From Mobula hypostoma (Eukaryota): 64,000 nt of DNA. Numbering within the stretch: position 1 is the stretch's first letter; every line of letters begins with the position of its first letter. This document shows, one piece after another, positions 1-12,006 of the stretch. Below the pieces are notes generated by a model, which was given only the letters and a program-made list of their open reading frames with translations, had not been told where the DNA came from and searched no databases. Both the position numbers and the translations under genes were made by a program. The stretch spans positions 22,694,001 to 22,758,000 of the forward strand of contig NC_086109.1 of assembly GCF_963921235.1 (NCBI RefSeq), given 5' to 3'.

Positions 1-166
1 CAAGAGAAACAACCTTTCCACATCTACTCTGTCCAACCCTTTCAACATTCGAAATGTTTCTATGAGATCCCCTCTCATTCTTCTATACTCTAATGAATAC
101 AATCCAAGAGCCGACAGACGCTCCTCATATGTTAGCCCCTGCATTCCAGGAATCATCCTCGTAAAT
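1..166 (-). mobile_element. CR1 LINE ORF2 C-terminal fragment
   Basis: Reverse strand matches the ...GLYSLE.RRMRGDLIE..K...G.DRVD region of the CR1 copies at 14560-14680 and 62785-62860. Confidence 0.8.
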
Positions 167-345
167 CTTTGTTTACATAATTCATTTTGGGTTTAGGTAA
201 GAAGTACATGAATGACACATGTCCTTGCACCACCACGTCATATGTGAGCAACTCACTAAAATAAAAAGAAAGGAAAAACTAAGTAGACAAAATATATCCC
301 GGCTCTTGTGCTTTTCTTTTGATTAGTTTCTGGACTGAACAGTAA
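167..345 (+). mobile_element. Gypsy LTR remnant, same family as the LTRs at 21475, 42761 and 51012
   Basis: Shares ctttgtttac-taattcatt-tgggtt and ggctcttgtg-ttttcttttgattagtttctgga with the other LTR copies. Confidence 0.65.
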
Positions 346-369
346 TGCGCACTCCTAAAAACTTGAAAT

Positions 370-835
370 TCTCGACCTTTTCGAACCCTCTGGAACTTAG
401 TACCATGGATGTAAATAGTTTACTATTTACAATTCATGAAGTCAATAGCCAGTTTTTTTGTTTTGCTCACATTGAGGGAAAGCTGTTGCATAACACCATG
501 TCACTAGGCTCCCTGTCTACTTCCTGCACTCTGACTCATCAGCCCACATTGATGCTGTCATCTGCAGATTTGTCAATGGAGTTAGAGTAGAAATTGGCCA
601 CACAGTTACGAGCATATAATGAGTAAAGTAGAGGGCTGTGGACACAGCAATGTGGGGCACTAGATGAGGCTAAACGTAGTGGAGGTGTTGCTGCCCCTTC
701 TTACTAACTGTGGTCTGTTGGTCACAAAGTCATGGTTCCAGTTGCAAAGCTCCAGTCTCCAAGTTCTGAGAGGAGTTTGCTTGGAATTACCGGTACTGAA
801 GGCAGACCTGTGGTCAATAAACGATAGCCAAGAAA
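370..835 (-). mobile_element. Degraded Rex1/Babar-like LINE RT fragment
   Basis: Reverse strand gives a KSADDS variant of KFADDT and resembles 15700-16260. Confidence 0.7.
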
Positions 836-879
836 CAATCATTTATATGGAATCATTGATACCATTTTCTGAACATACA

Positions 880-1200
880 AAGGAGCTTTTCACAAAATAA
901 TTATTTTTAAGGAATAATTGTTTTTTAATGTGGGAGGCAGGATGGTCAACTTGTACAGAGTGAATTTCCACAAATAGTAATAAGATAATAACTGGATAAG
1001 CTGTATCTGTAATGTCATCTAAAGGATAAATACTGGCTGGGACACAAGAGATAATTCTCCTGCTTTCTTTTGAAATGGTGCCATTGATCTTTAGTTCTCG
1101 TGAGAGTGTAGTTGGGCCTTTGGTTAATGACTCATCCAAAAGACAAATCTCTTCTCCACCTCAGCAGCCAAGGCATCCTGAAAATCAAACTGTACGCTCG
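880..1200 (-). mobile_element. Ancient Deu-domain SINE (AmnSINE1/SacSINE1-like)
   Basis: Reverse strand ttggatgagtcattaaccaaaggccc...aagatcaatggcaccatttcaaaagaaagcaggagaattatctcttgtgtcccagccagtatttatcc follows the recalled Deu-domain consensus. Confidence 0.65.
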
Positions 1201-1439
1201 CGTGCGTAGCTTCCACTAAGTTTTCAGATCTATGTTGATGCATTGGGATCCCATTACCCTCTTATTAACTTCCACATTTAATCAAGGTACTTCTGAATTT
1301 AATTGGGAAACGCCCTTGGGAGAGATGGGTTGGCAAACGAATAACTTATTAAGTAGTGGTAGCCAGAGTCTGGGGCATCCAAAACTAACTCACATTCCTT
1401 TACTCCTGCAGAGGATGCAAACAAACTCCAAGCTTAAAG

Positions 1440-1722
1440 ATTTAAACATTAGCTTTATTTGTCATATGTACCTTGAAACCATCAAAACATACAGTGAAAT
1501 GCATTGCTTTATGTCAACTCAAATCACCGAGGATTCTGCTGGATAGCCTGCAAGTGCGCCAGTAGAGCATGACTACAACTCACTAACTCTAACCATAAGT
1601 CTTTGGAATATGGGAGGTCACAGGGAGAAAGTACAAACTCCTTAAGAGAGCGGTGGGCATTGAACCCCATTCTTAGAGCTGGCGCTGTAAAGTGCGGCGC
1701 TAACCACTATACTACCGTCCCA
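1440..1722 (-). mobile_element. tRNA-derived V-SINE-like element
   Basis: Reverse strand has the ggagtttgtactttctccctgtgacc core and a gacaaataaagctaat tail; paralog of 4762-5065. Confidence 0.7.
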
Positions 1723-1754
1723 CTCTTACAATTCAGTTCAGCATCTAGACAGTG

Positions 1755-1885
1755 GAAATCAATGAGGAGTTTTGACCAGAAATGCTGACTGTTCACTTGC
1801 CTCCATAGGTGCTGCCTGACCCATTGATTTCCTCTAGTGCTTTGTGTGTTGACACAGATTCCAGCACCTGCAACTGTTTCATCAC
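1755..1885 (+). mobile_element. Old Penelope terminal-repeat fragment with decayed hammerhead motif
   Basis: gaaatgctgactgtt...ccataggtgctgcctgacc...ttgtgtgtt...attccagcacctgca is the reverse complement of the repeat at 5690-5790. Confidence 0.6.
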
Positions 1886-2677
1886 CTGTGGAAGTTGTTT
1901 GATGCTTTAATGCGCATCAACAGGATTCAGTCTTATGAGCAGCTGACACTAGATGAAGTTGGATGAGAATGACAGCCATCTGCTAAAGGGGATAAACCTG
2001 TGCTGCTTGTAAGTAGTAGTGGAAATCCTTCCACAGATCAGAGACAGTTGGAGGGATTTGTGGTAGGTCATGCCGTAGCTGTGATCTTGCATCCTGATAT
2101 ACAGGCACGTTTCTGGACACATCAGTTGATCAGTAGAGGGATTTTCCCTCCCCTCGGAGGACAGAGGGTACAGTCAGGTGGTCAGGTGAGTAAGTTCTAT
2201 GTCAGCCCCATGATTGACCCTATTGTGTTAGCAGAGTACCACTGTGAATTCCAATAACAGCTTCAGAAACAGCGGCAGTTTGCAGCTGCCTTGGAGAGCG
2301 GAGTTCTGTGAAGGGGCCCTCCAATTTGGAGGAGATCTTAGTTCACACATAAAATTTACCTAAAGATTCTAGTTTTCCTTGGACGTCACAGTGTGATAGC
2401 ACGTGGTTGCAGATTTTTACACCATTTTTGAGCAAGGCCTACTGACAGCTGGATCAAGTGAATATATATTTCTATATCCCCTTACAACATAAGAGGCCAT
2501 TCAGCCCATCTGTGCTGGCTCACAGAGCATTCCTATTCACTCCAGCACCCGCACGTCCACCACCCATCGGTAATATTCTGTGTAACCTATTTTCCCCCAA
2601 GATTTTACGCACTAAGAGCAATTTACATTAGTCAGTCCACCTGCCAACATGCATGTCATTGGGATGTGGGAGGAAAT

Positions 2678-4110
2678 GAATTGAATTGAATTGACTTTAT
2701 TACTTTCATCCTTCATAAACCACTAGTCACCGACGGTCAACCAGAAAAGGCTTCCTTTATTCCCACTCTTTGCCTTCTGCTAATCAGCCACTGCTTTACC
2801 TATGTGGGTATCTTTCCTGTAACACCATGGGCTCCTACCTTGTTCAGCAGCCTTACGTGCAGCACCTTATTGAACTTCCAAGTACACAACATCCATTGAT
2901 TCTCCGGCTCTCCAGATCTGACTGCATGCTGGCAGCACGTTATGAATGAAACTGAATATTGTGCAATTATCAATGATCACCTTCACTGTTGACATCATGG
3001 CGAGAGAAGAAATCAAGGACTCCGTCCTAAGGAACTGATGCTAACAATACATGCTGAACTTCCTGATTTGACTGTTGTACAGCCTTGCTTGTTATAGCCT
3101 CTTGCTCTGAACTGCTAATCCTGAGGAAAATTGTTTTATCCTCTTTATTCATCCTCCTAAATCCTTTAATTTTTTTTTATATAACAACTTAATTAGCTCG
3201 TACGTATGACTTTGATTTCCAAGTGAATCCAGGCTTGGACCAGGCAAATTGTCTTCACCCTGCATTGCTCCAAGGTGAACGTAGAAAGTTTCAGTTTTGA
3301 ACATGTCTGCAGCTTGAAGATTTTATGGTTTAGACCATAAGACCATAAAACACAGGAGCAGAATTAGGCCATTCAGCTAATCAAGTCCGCTCTGCCATTC
3401 GATTATGCCTGATTTATTTTCCCCCTCAACATTATTTTCTCCCTCCTTCTCCTTGTAACTTTAGATGTCCTTATGAATCAAGAACCTATCATCCTCCACT
3501 TTAAATACACCCTAATGAACTGGCCTCATAAGTCATCTGTGGCAATGAATTCCACCCATCCATCCCTCTCTGGCAAAAGAAATTCTTCCTCACCTCTGTT
3601 CAAATATATGGACAGGAAGGGAATGCAGGGTTATGGGCTGAGTGCAGGTCGGTGGGACTAGGATAGGGTAAGAGTTTGGCATGGACTAGAAGGGCCGAAA
3701 TGGCCTGTTTCCATGCTGTAATTGTTATATGGTTATATACATGAGGAGTAAAAATCTTTGTGTTACGTCTCAGTCTAAATGTGTAATGTGCAATTTATAG
3801 TAATGTGTAATAGATAGTATGTACAATAGCATAGAAATACAATAGTATCAGCATGAACTAATCAGTCTGATGGCCTGGTGGAAGAAGCTGTCCCGGAGCC
3901 TGTTGGTCATGGCGTTTATGTTGTGCTACCATTTCTCAGATGGTAGCAGCTGGAACAGTTTATAGTTGGGGTGAATCAGGACCCCAATGATCCTTTGGGC
4001 CCTTTTTACACACCTGTCTTTGTACATGTTCTGAATAGTAGGAAGTACACATCTACAGATGCACTGGGCTATCCACACCACTCTCTGCAGAGTCCTGTGA
4101 TTGAGGGAAG
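2678..4110 (-). mobile_element. Rex1-like LINE 3' end, split by a ~1 kb insertion and nested in a V-SINE (2485-2677 and 4111-4315)
   Basis: (aattg)n tail at 2678-2695; body resumes at 3738 (tacatgaggagtaaaaatc); ORF 3926-4120 contains LQRVV...HPNYKLFQLLPS. Confidence 0.75.
3600..3737 (+). mobile_element. Young CR1 3' end
   Basis: YMDRKGMQGYGLSAGRWD* followed by a ttatatgg tail; close match to 23055-23190. Confidence 0.85.
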
Positions 4111-4761
4111 CACCTAACACCTAGAAGACAAACAACTAGAAGAAACCCATCTGGTCACAGGAAAGCCACATAAACTCCACTGAACAACACAAATGCCGGG
4201 ATTAACCCACACGTTCATGGGGAAGAGTGTACTGTATAAACTCCTTACAGACAGTGGGGGAATTGAACCCAGGTCATTGACAGTGCAATAGGATTACGTC
4301 AGCCATCAAGACCGTGTGTCCCCTATAACCCTATGTTCCTTGATGCTTAAGAGGAGTCTATCAGACCACTGAGTCTATCCTGGCTCTCAGAGCAATACCA
4401 TTCACCCATTTATTTCTCTGTATCTCACATTGCCACACCCACCCCAAATGATCCTCCTGCTAGCCACAAACACTAAGGGTAAGTTACAATAACCAACATT
4501 CCTTTGGGCTGTGGGAGGAAATCAGAGCACCCGTAGTAAATCCATACAGTCGTAGAAGGAGAGCACTCGCATTGGTGTCACTTATGGCTGCCCATGGTGC
4601 ATGCATGTCCTTCAGTCCACATGCAACTGGAGTAACCAATAGTACCAAGGTTAGAAATTCAATTAAAACCTCCTGATTGGTCGACCATTAAAGTATGTAT
4701 TAGCTCACTTTAAATGTTACTGTCTTCTCAGATGTTTTACAAATTGGCAGTTTACTTCTGC

Positions 4762-5065
4762 TGGCGCAGTATCATAGCAATCTGCATAATGCTATTACTG
4801 CACCAGCTGTAGTAATTCTCGTCGCCGTCTTAAGGAGTTTGTACATTCTCCCTGTTCTCCCACAAAGGTTTCCTTTGGGTGCTCCGATTTTTGCTCACAC
4901 TCCAAAGACGTACGTTTGGAATTAGCGAGTTATGGGCTTGCTATGTTGGCGATGGAAGCATGGTGACACTTGCGAGTTGCCCAGCACAATCCTTGCTGAT
5001 TTGATTTGACAAAACGACGCATTTCACTGGTGTGTTTCAATGTACGTGTGATAAATAAAGCTATC
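4762..5065 (+). mobile_element. V-SINE-like element
   Basis: ggagtttgtacattctcc...ggtttcctttgggtgctccga...cactccaaagacgtacg central domain and gtgataaataaagcta tail. Confidence 0.75.
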
Positions 5066-5674
5066 TTTTTTTTTAAAAACCTGCTACCACTGAATCCAGT
5101 GATTCAGTCTTTTCAAGACTTTCAATTAATTATCTTTACAGCCTCCTCCATTTCTTCAACAATAGGACAGTTCAACGTTATTTTTATTATGAAGTCAAGG
5201 CTGCTTTCACATTACACAGCAACTGAAAGAAAAGGAAGATATCTATTCCTAGCCTCTTGCCAACTATTCAGAAGCAAACAGCTCCATGGCATCAAACCAG
5301 CTTTTTCCAATGGTAGTTTGGCTGAAATCAACGCTGTGAAAGTAATCACCCCTCAACCTCTTAGCTTTGGCATCCTTCCACGGTTCTGCTGTAGGTATAC
5401 TTAGCCTCTCACAGCTGATAAGTAAATTAAACCAGCAACTGATGCCTCATTTCCAAGGGCATCCAACTATTCCACTGTTGGAATGAATCTGGGTGACTGG
5501 AAACTTAGATTTATGGCTCTCCAAAGATACAATGAGTAGCTGGCTGCCTTAGTGTGGCTCTGAAGGAACCCCTATATTATATGGAGTATCCTTATGACCT
5601 GTATAAAACTTTGGTTATGCTGCATTAGAGGTATTGTCTGTAGTCTGGTCACCCATTACTGGAAGGATGGAAAA

Positions 5675-6283
5675 CAACAAACATAAGAAAACCTGCAGAT
5701 GCTGGAAATCCGAGCAACACACACACACAATATGCTGGAAAAACTGAGCAGGCCAGGCAGTACCTATGAAAAAGTCGACATTTTGGGTGAGACCCTTCAT
5801 CAGGACTGGAATAAAAGATGAAAGGTCAGAGTAAGAAGATGGGGGGAGGGGAGGAAGAGGTGCAAGGTGGTAGGCGATAGGTGAAACTGGGCGAGGGGGA
5901 GAGGTGAATTAAAGAGCTGGGAAGTTGATCGGTGAAAGGGCTGGAGAAGGGGAAATCAGATTGAAGAGGATAGAAGACCTTGGAAGAAAGGAAAGAGGGA
6001 GGAGCACCAGAGGGAGGTGAGATATGGTGAAAGAGGGAAACCAGAATGGAGAATCGTGATGGGGGGAGGGGGCAATTACAGGATGCTCGAGTAATCAGTT
6101 CATGCCATCAGGTTGGAGGCTACCCAGATGGAGTATAAGGTGTTGCTCCTGCAACCTGAGTGTGGCCTTATCGCAGAAGTAGAGGATGCCATGGACTGAC
6201 ATGTTGGAATGGGAATGGAAAGTAGAATTAAAATGGGTGGCTACTGAGTGATCCTACTTTTTCTGGTGGATGGAGCATAGGTG
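5675..6283 (-). mobile_element. Penelope-like element 3' end (GIY-YIG C-terminus plus terminal repeat)
   Basis: Reverse of 6100-6170 reads ATLRLQEQHLILHLGSLQPDGMN; homologous to 36135-36777. Confidence 0.8.
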
Positions 6284-6569
6284 GAAGGATAGGAATGTTA
6301 TAGAGAGTGTGCAAAAGAGGTTCATCGGGGTGCTGCCTGGATTAGAGAGTATTAGCTATAAAAAGAAGTTGGACAAACTTGGGTTGTTTTCTCTGGAGCT
6401 AAAGAGTCTGAGTGGAGAGGGTGGTAATGTCTGGAATGCTTTGCCGGGGTGGTGGTGGAAGCAGGCACAATAATAGCATTTAAGAAGCATTTACACGAAC
6501 ATGCATGGAATTGAGGGATATCGATCACGTGCAGGCAGACTTAATTTAACGAGGCATCATACTTGACAC

Positions 6570-7418
6570 TGTGACAAAAGAACTAGTTATCAGAAGATTG
6601 ATGCTGATAAGAGGACAATGGAGGAACATGCAAGATGCTAATAAGAGAGAGACGAGAGGGATTAACGAAAAGGAGACACAGTTCCAAGTATTGTCAGAGA
6701 CCGGTGGCTTTGAACCCTGAACTGTTTGAAGTTTGATGGACAGGCGATACCCCAGCAGGGGGATAAAAAGGAACAGGTTCGTTAAGGCAACAGACACACG
6801 ACTCCACGAGGTAACGAGACCCTGGAAGCGGTGTGCCCCCACAAGTTGGTGAGAGTTTTGGAGGTCTGGTCGCGGGACCAGCCATAGACGCACAGGGTAG
6901 AAAGGTACAGGTCGGCGGGAACCTGGTGTGTGTGTCCGCCCTTGCCTGGGTGCCGGGTTCACCGCAGAAGAACGATCGTATCTGGAACGGAGGGGTCACA
7001 GTCGGTGACCTCAGAAGACATTACAAAGGGCTCGCCCGAAAGCTAACTGCGAGGAATATCGAAGGTCTGTGTGGAATCCGTTTTGAATATTCATTCGCTT
7101 TCGCTCTCTCTCTTCTCCCCACCCCATCGGCACAACAGCAATTACAGCGAACTGAACTGAACTAAATTGAACTGAACTTTGCGTCACTTGAAACTGATCA
7201 TTTACCCCTAGACTGCAATAGAGCTTGATTGATCCTATTATCCTAGTTCTGTGTACATGTGTGTTTTATCATTGCTAAACTGTTGCATTTATATCCTTTT
7301 GATTAGAGTACTGTGTTGCTTATTTCTTTAATAAAACTTTCTTAGTTCCAGTAATCCAGACTCCAACTAAGTGGTCCATTTCTGCTGGTTTGGCAACCCA
7401 GTTACGGGGTACGTAACA
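6570..7418 (+). mobile_element. Solo LTR (849 bp), Gypsy- or ERV-type
   Basis: TGTGAC...GTAACA termini; ACAC TSD at 6566-6569 and 7419-7422; AATAAA at 7330-7335; cleanly interrupts the CR1 3' UTR; CpGs retained. Confidence 0.85.
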
Positions 7419-7569
7419 ACACAGACATCGAGGATCAAACAGCCTGTTCCTGTAATGTGATGTTCTCTGTTCTAAAGCCTTCCACGTTGAGGAGAATGTT
7501 GATATAATCGGACGGTGTTAGATATAAATCATCAGACACTTGCTCGACTTACTTATGAGCTAGAGAATG

Positions 7570-8010
7570 TGATGTTTGTCTTTGGCAGAGCCTTGGAAGG
7601 ATTCCAAGGCAGTGAAGTTGAGGGGTGATCATTGCATGGCCACTAAAATCCTGAAGGTGGCCTGTAATCCCAAGATCTTTGTGCAAGGACGTTCAAAATT
7701 CCCAAGCAGCCTTAATGATTCCTTCACCCTCACAGGACACACTGTCAAACCAGCTCATAGGCTTGGTGCTCATATTCAAGGGGTGACCTGACTGATAACC
7801 CCAGTGATGAATCTAAGCAACGCACCATAAGAGTAGAGTAACCATGGCCACCAGTTTGCAGTAGATCTCATCGAGCAAGTTTCAGTGCAAATGGAGACAC
7901 CTTCAATCTGTACTGCAAAAATTTAAAAATTTATCGCATGGAAAAGACCACTTGGCCCTTCGTGTTTATGATGACACTGGTCAGCTGTACTGTGTACAAT
8001 ATTATGCAGT
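7570..8010 (+). pseudogene. Highly decayed PIF/Harbinger (HARBI1-like) transposase DDE region
   Basis: VACNPKIFVQGRSKFPSSLNDSFTL resembles recalled LVCD...ARFPGS.HDSFIL; LITPV, LIEQ and CTVYNI blocks follow in the expected order, with stops and frameshifts. Confidence 0.5.
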
Positions 8011-8410
8011 GACAAGGATTGGGAACACAAGTCAGCGATGACTGTTCCGATCTCCGGCATCTTCTCTTGTTCACTCCAGACCTGAGAACCAGTAAGCGCA
8101 AACCCAAAAATCTGTCCTTCCAGATCCAATGGAATCTAAAAGTCAGGCCTGACACACGATGGTTTCAAGTCTTCGGTGTGGGTAATACCCTTTCCGTTGG
8201 GGGAGAAGGAAAAGAGGCAAAGACGCAGGGTCTGTGAGTCTGAATCTGCTGGAGGCTGGAGGCTGAAGGCTGAAGATGGTCAGTCCTGCATTTGAAGGAC
8301 TGAGTATGTCCATGGGTGAGAGGGAGGAACAGGGCGTGTTTTGTTGCTTGTTGTCTTCCATTTTGTTGCACTCTGTGTTGTTTCTGCCAAGCATCGCGGG
8401 CATGCTATGT

Positions 8411-8505
8411 CAGCAACACACACAAAATTCTGGAGGCGCCCAGCAGGTCGGGCAGCATCTGTGGAAAAGAGTAGACAGTCAGCGTTTCAGGCCAAGACCC
8501 TTCAG
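8411..8505 (-). mobile_element. Short Penelope terminal-repeat insertion inside a SINE-tailed non-autonomous repeat (~8020-8600)
   Basis: caacacacacaaaattctggagg...cagtcagcgtttcaggccaagacccttca; ends inside the hammerhead motif. Confidence 0.7.
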
Positions 8506-9089
8506 AACACTTACTGCCGGAATGTACAGCAACACTTGTGGGCTTGGGTGTGCTGGCTGTTAACGCAAACAACGCATTTCTCTGTCAAAATAAATTTGAA
8601 CCCTGAATATGCAAATACTTAATCTTTGAGAAGGAGATTTTTTTGACATCTTGGTGCAAATCCAGATTAGAAGGTTGAGCTATGTGGAAGATTAAAGACA
8701 TGATTTGAACCATCAAGCTAAGATTATTTCAGTTTGTCTGTGCATAATAGATCACTTGTCTCTCACCACTGCGTTCGCATGGATGAGTGTTGTTTGTAAT
8801 GTGGCTACATAAGAAAGAATACTGTCACAGTGAGGCACAACTTCTGAGTTCCTTGCCTCTGTCATCCTGGTTTATTTTCCAAGGCCATTTTCTCAGCAGG
8901 AATGGGTTAAGATATAAACAAAGAGCGACTTCTGACTCTCTGCCTTCCCTTAAAATGTCTGTGACTTCTTCCACTGCGCAGTGAGTGAGAATAATACCAA
9001 ACTGTAAAAGGGTGGAGATTACTTGTTGATGGTGTCTATAAAGGAGAGGTATGACATTACCTAATGAATGTTGTCAATGTTGTCCTCCA

Positions 9090-9385
9090 AGAGCCCACAA
9101 CTTTGTCATAGTCTGGAGGTCTGAGTGCCTCAGTGACCCGGAGATCTATGTTGGCAGGTATTATGGCTTTATGATTTGGTTCTTGGTAGGGTCACCCATA
9201 CCAAACAGGTCAAAGGGTAGAGGCCAGAGTAAGAGTGGTCCACTGGTCCTCCAGGTTTGGGAGTTCAGGTCAAGCCAACAACCTTAACTGGTAAAACCAA
9301 ATTGTTACAGAAGCAACAATGAAGAATCCTTCTACATCTGAGTGGCAAAAGACAGACAGAGATGAAAGACCTTCATTGCTGAGTA
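9090..9385 (+). mobile_element. RTE-clade 5'-UTR-derived non-autonomous element
   Basis: ggtagggtcacccataccaaacaggtcaaaggg...ggtcctccaggtttggg motifs recalled from RTE 5' ends; related to 57290-57660. Confidence 0.55.
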
Positions 9386-9389
9386 GTCT

Positions 9390-10335
9390 GTACAGCTTTT
9401 TTCAATCCAATGTATTGCAGTCTCCATGGAATCTCTGTGACGAAATCAGTCAGAATGCTCTCCATGATGCATCTGTAGAAATTTTCTAGAATCTTTAGTG
9501 ACATACCAAATCTCCTCAAAATTTTAATGGAGTATAGCTACTGGTGTGCCTTCTTTATGGTTGCTTCTTTTTATTAGACCCAGGATAGATTCTCTGAGAT
9601 GATGATGTCTAGGACCATGAAGATGCTCACCCTTTCTACTGCTGACCCCTCGGTGACCACTGGTGGATGTTCTCCAACCTTGCACTCCTTGAAGTCTACA
9701 ATCAATTCCTTGGTCTTGCTGACACTGGGTGCAAGGATGTTGTTGTGACACCACTCAACCAGGTAATCTATCTGGTACTGGTATGGCTCCTCACTGCCTT
9801 CAAAGATTCTTCCAACATTTGTGTTGTCTGCAAATTTAGAGATGGCGTTTCAGCTGTGTTGGCCACACATTAATAAGATTAGAGAGAGTAGAGCAGCGAG
9901 ACAAGCACTCATTCTTGGGTTGATGGTCAGCGACGAGATGTTACTTCTGAAATGCACTGACTGTGGTCTCCCCATGAGGAAGCCAAGAATCCTGTGGCAG
10001 AGGTAGGAGAAGCACAGGTTTTGAAGTTTATTGATCAGTACTGAGGGGATAATACTGTTGAGTACCAAGCTGCAATCAATAATCAGCAAGCTGATGCAGG
10101 TATTGCTGTCATCCAGGTGGTCCAAATCAGAGTGGAGAGGCAGTGAGATTGATTTGCAGTAGACCTGTTGTGACGGTAGAAAAGTGCAGAGGATCTAAGT
10201 CCGTACTCTAGCAGGAGTTAAGTCCAGCCATTGCAAACCTCTGAAAACACTTCATTACATTAGATTTCAGTGCTACTGGGTGATAGTCATTGAGGCAGCT
10301 CACCCTGCTCCTTTGGGCTCCAGTATGATTGACAG
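9390..10335 (-). mobile_element. Rex1/Babar-like LINE RT fragment
   Basis: HLDDSNTCISLLIIDCSLVLNSIIPSVLINKL...ILGFLMGRPQSV; collinear with 15500-16480. Confidence 0.8.
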
Positions 10336-10359
10336 TTCATTGAAGCAGCACCAAACCAA

Positions 10360-10800
10360 AATAGCTTACAGCAATAGCAAATAAATAAATGACCAGGTAA
10401 TCATTTTTCCAGCATGTTACTGGGCCATAAATATTGAACAGCGACCTAGAGACACTTCCCTGGATCTTCTTTGAACCAATGCGAAAGGAGTTTGTACATT
10501 TATACTGCAGCTGCATGAGCTCCAGTTTCCTTCTACGTTCTAAAGACGCACGGTTAGGATTAGTAAGTTGTGGGCTTACTGTGTTGGTACCAGAACAATG
10601 GGGCCACTTGCGGGCTGCTCTGAACACACCCTCACCTCTGTTGATCGTTGACACAAATGAAGCATTTCATGGTATGTTTCAATGTTTCTATGTACATGTG
10701 ACAAATAAAGCTCATTTTTTATGATCTCCTTTTGCAGCATTTGCAACGTGAGTGGCACTCAAGATAATGCACTCACATCTCAGAATCTACAACCTGCAAA
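10360..10800 (-). mobile_element. Deu-domain SINE remnant interrupted by a + strand V-SINE (~10485-10715)
   Basis: cagcaatagcaaataaataaatgaccagg...ataaatattg resembles the Deu domain; V-SINE has an aggagtttgtacatt core and gtgacaaataaagct tail. Confidence 0.55.
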
Positions 10801-11138
10801 CATCTCAATCCAGTGCTACTTTCACCATATTGATGCACAATTGAAGAACTTATCCATTCCTTCCTATTTGTACCTTTCACATTCGGCTAATTTCTTCACG
10901 CTATTTATTACAGTTAGATTTTTAAGATGGATTTTCCCTAATATTCACTTACAGAAAGTTCAAAGTAAATTTATTATCAAAGTACATATCTACAAGCCTG
11001 AGATTCATTTATCTTGATCAATAAATTGGAAGAATAACCACAACAGAATCAATGAAAATAGGGAGTCCAACCAGAGTGCAGAAGAAAACAAGCTGCGCAA
11101 ATAGAAAAAGAATAAATAATAATGATAGATTGAAAAAA

Positions 11139-12004
11139 CTCCCTGACAACGACACCTGCAGGAGGTGCATCCAGCTGCAGCTCCTAACAAACCGCGTTAG
11201 GGAACTGGAGCAGGAGCTGGATGACCTCCAGATCATTCGGGAGAATGAGGAGATTATAGATCGTAGCTACGGGGAGGTAGTTATGCCAAAGCAGCAGAGG
11301 ACAGGAAATTAGGTCACTGTCAGGCGAGGGAAGAGGAAAGGGCAGGCAGAGCAGGGCTCCCCTGTGGCTTTTCCCCTCAACAACAAGTATACCGCATTGG
11401 ATACTGTTGCGGGGGATGATTTATCTGGGACAAGCTGCAGCAGCCAGATCTCTGGCACTGAGTCTGGTTCTACAGTGCAGAAGGGAGGGTGGAAAAAGAG
11501 GAGAGCGGTAGTGATAGGGGATTCGATAGTTAGAGGTGCAGATAGGAGGTTCTGTGGTTGTGACAGAGAATCCAGGATGGTTTGTTGCCTCCCAGGTGCC
11601 AGGGTCAAGGATGTCTCTGATCGCTTGCATGACATTCTGAAGTGGGAGGGTGACCAGCCGATGTTGTGGTGCACATCAGTACCAATGACATAGCAAGGAA
11701 GAGTGAGGAGGTCCTGGAGAGTGAGTATAGAGAGCTTGGTAGGAAGTTGAAAAGCAGGACCTCGAGGGTGGTAATCTCAGGATTGCTACCTGTGCTACGT
11801 GCCAGTGAGGGTAAGAATAGGATGCTCTGGAAGATGAATAAGTGGCTGAGGAACTGGTGTAGGGGGCAGGGTTTCAGGTTTCAGGATCATTGGGATCTCT
11901 TCTGGGGCAGGTGGGACCTGTACAAGAGAGATGGGTTGAACTACAAGGGGACCAATATCCTGTCAGGGAGGTTTGTTAGTGCTATTGGGGAGGCTTTAAG
12001 CTAG
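11139..12004 (+). pseudogene. CR1 ORF1: zinc-finger/coiled-coil plus SGNH esterase, disrupted by a stop and a frameshift
   Basis: TCRRCIQLQLL..RVRELE; VVIGDSIVRG; CCLPGARVKD; VHISTND; stop at 11310-11312; frameshift near 11665. Confidence 0.9.
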
Positions 12005-12006
12005 AT

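Larger units (their letters stand above)
5585..7475 (+). mobile_element. CR1 3' fragment interrupted by a Penelope fragment and a solo LTR
   Basis: LYKTLV..LEVLSVVWSP, then ESVQKRF.GVLPGLESISYKKKLDKLGLFSLE; 3' UTR continues at 7423. Confidence 0.75.

Noticed and set aside
1900..2330. Possible exon or decayed transposase N-terminus
   Set aside because: I could not identify a convincing motif or splice-compatible frame by eye.
7579..7610. 9-bp hairpins (gccttggaa/ttccaaggc here; cagtcttca/tgaagactg near 59235)
   Set aside because: A few stems of this length are expected by chance in 64 kb.
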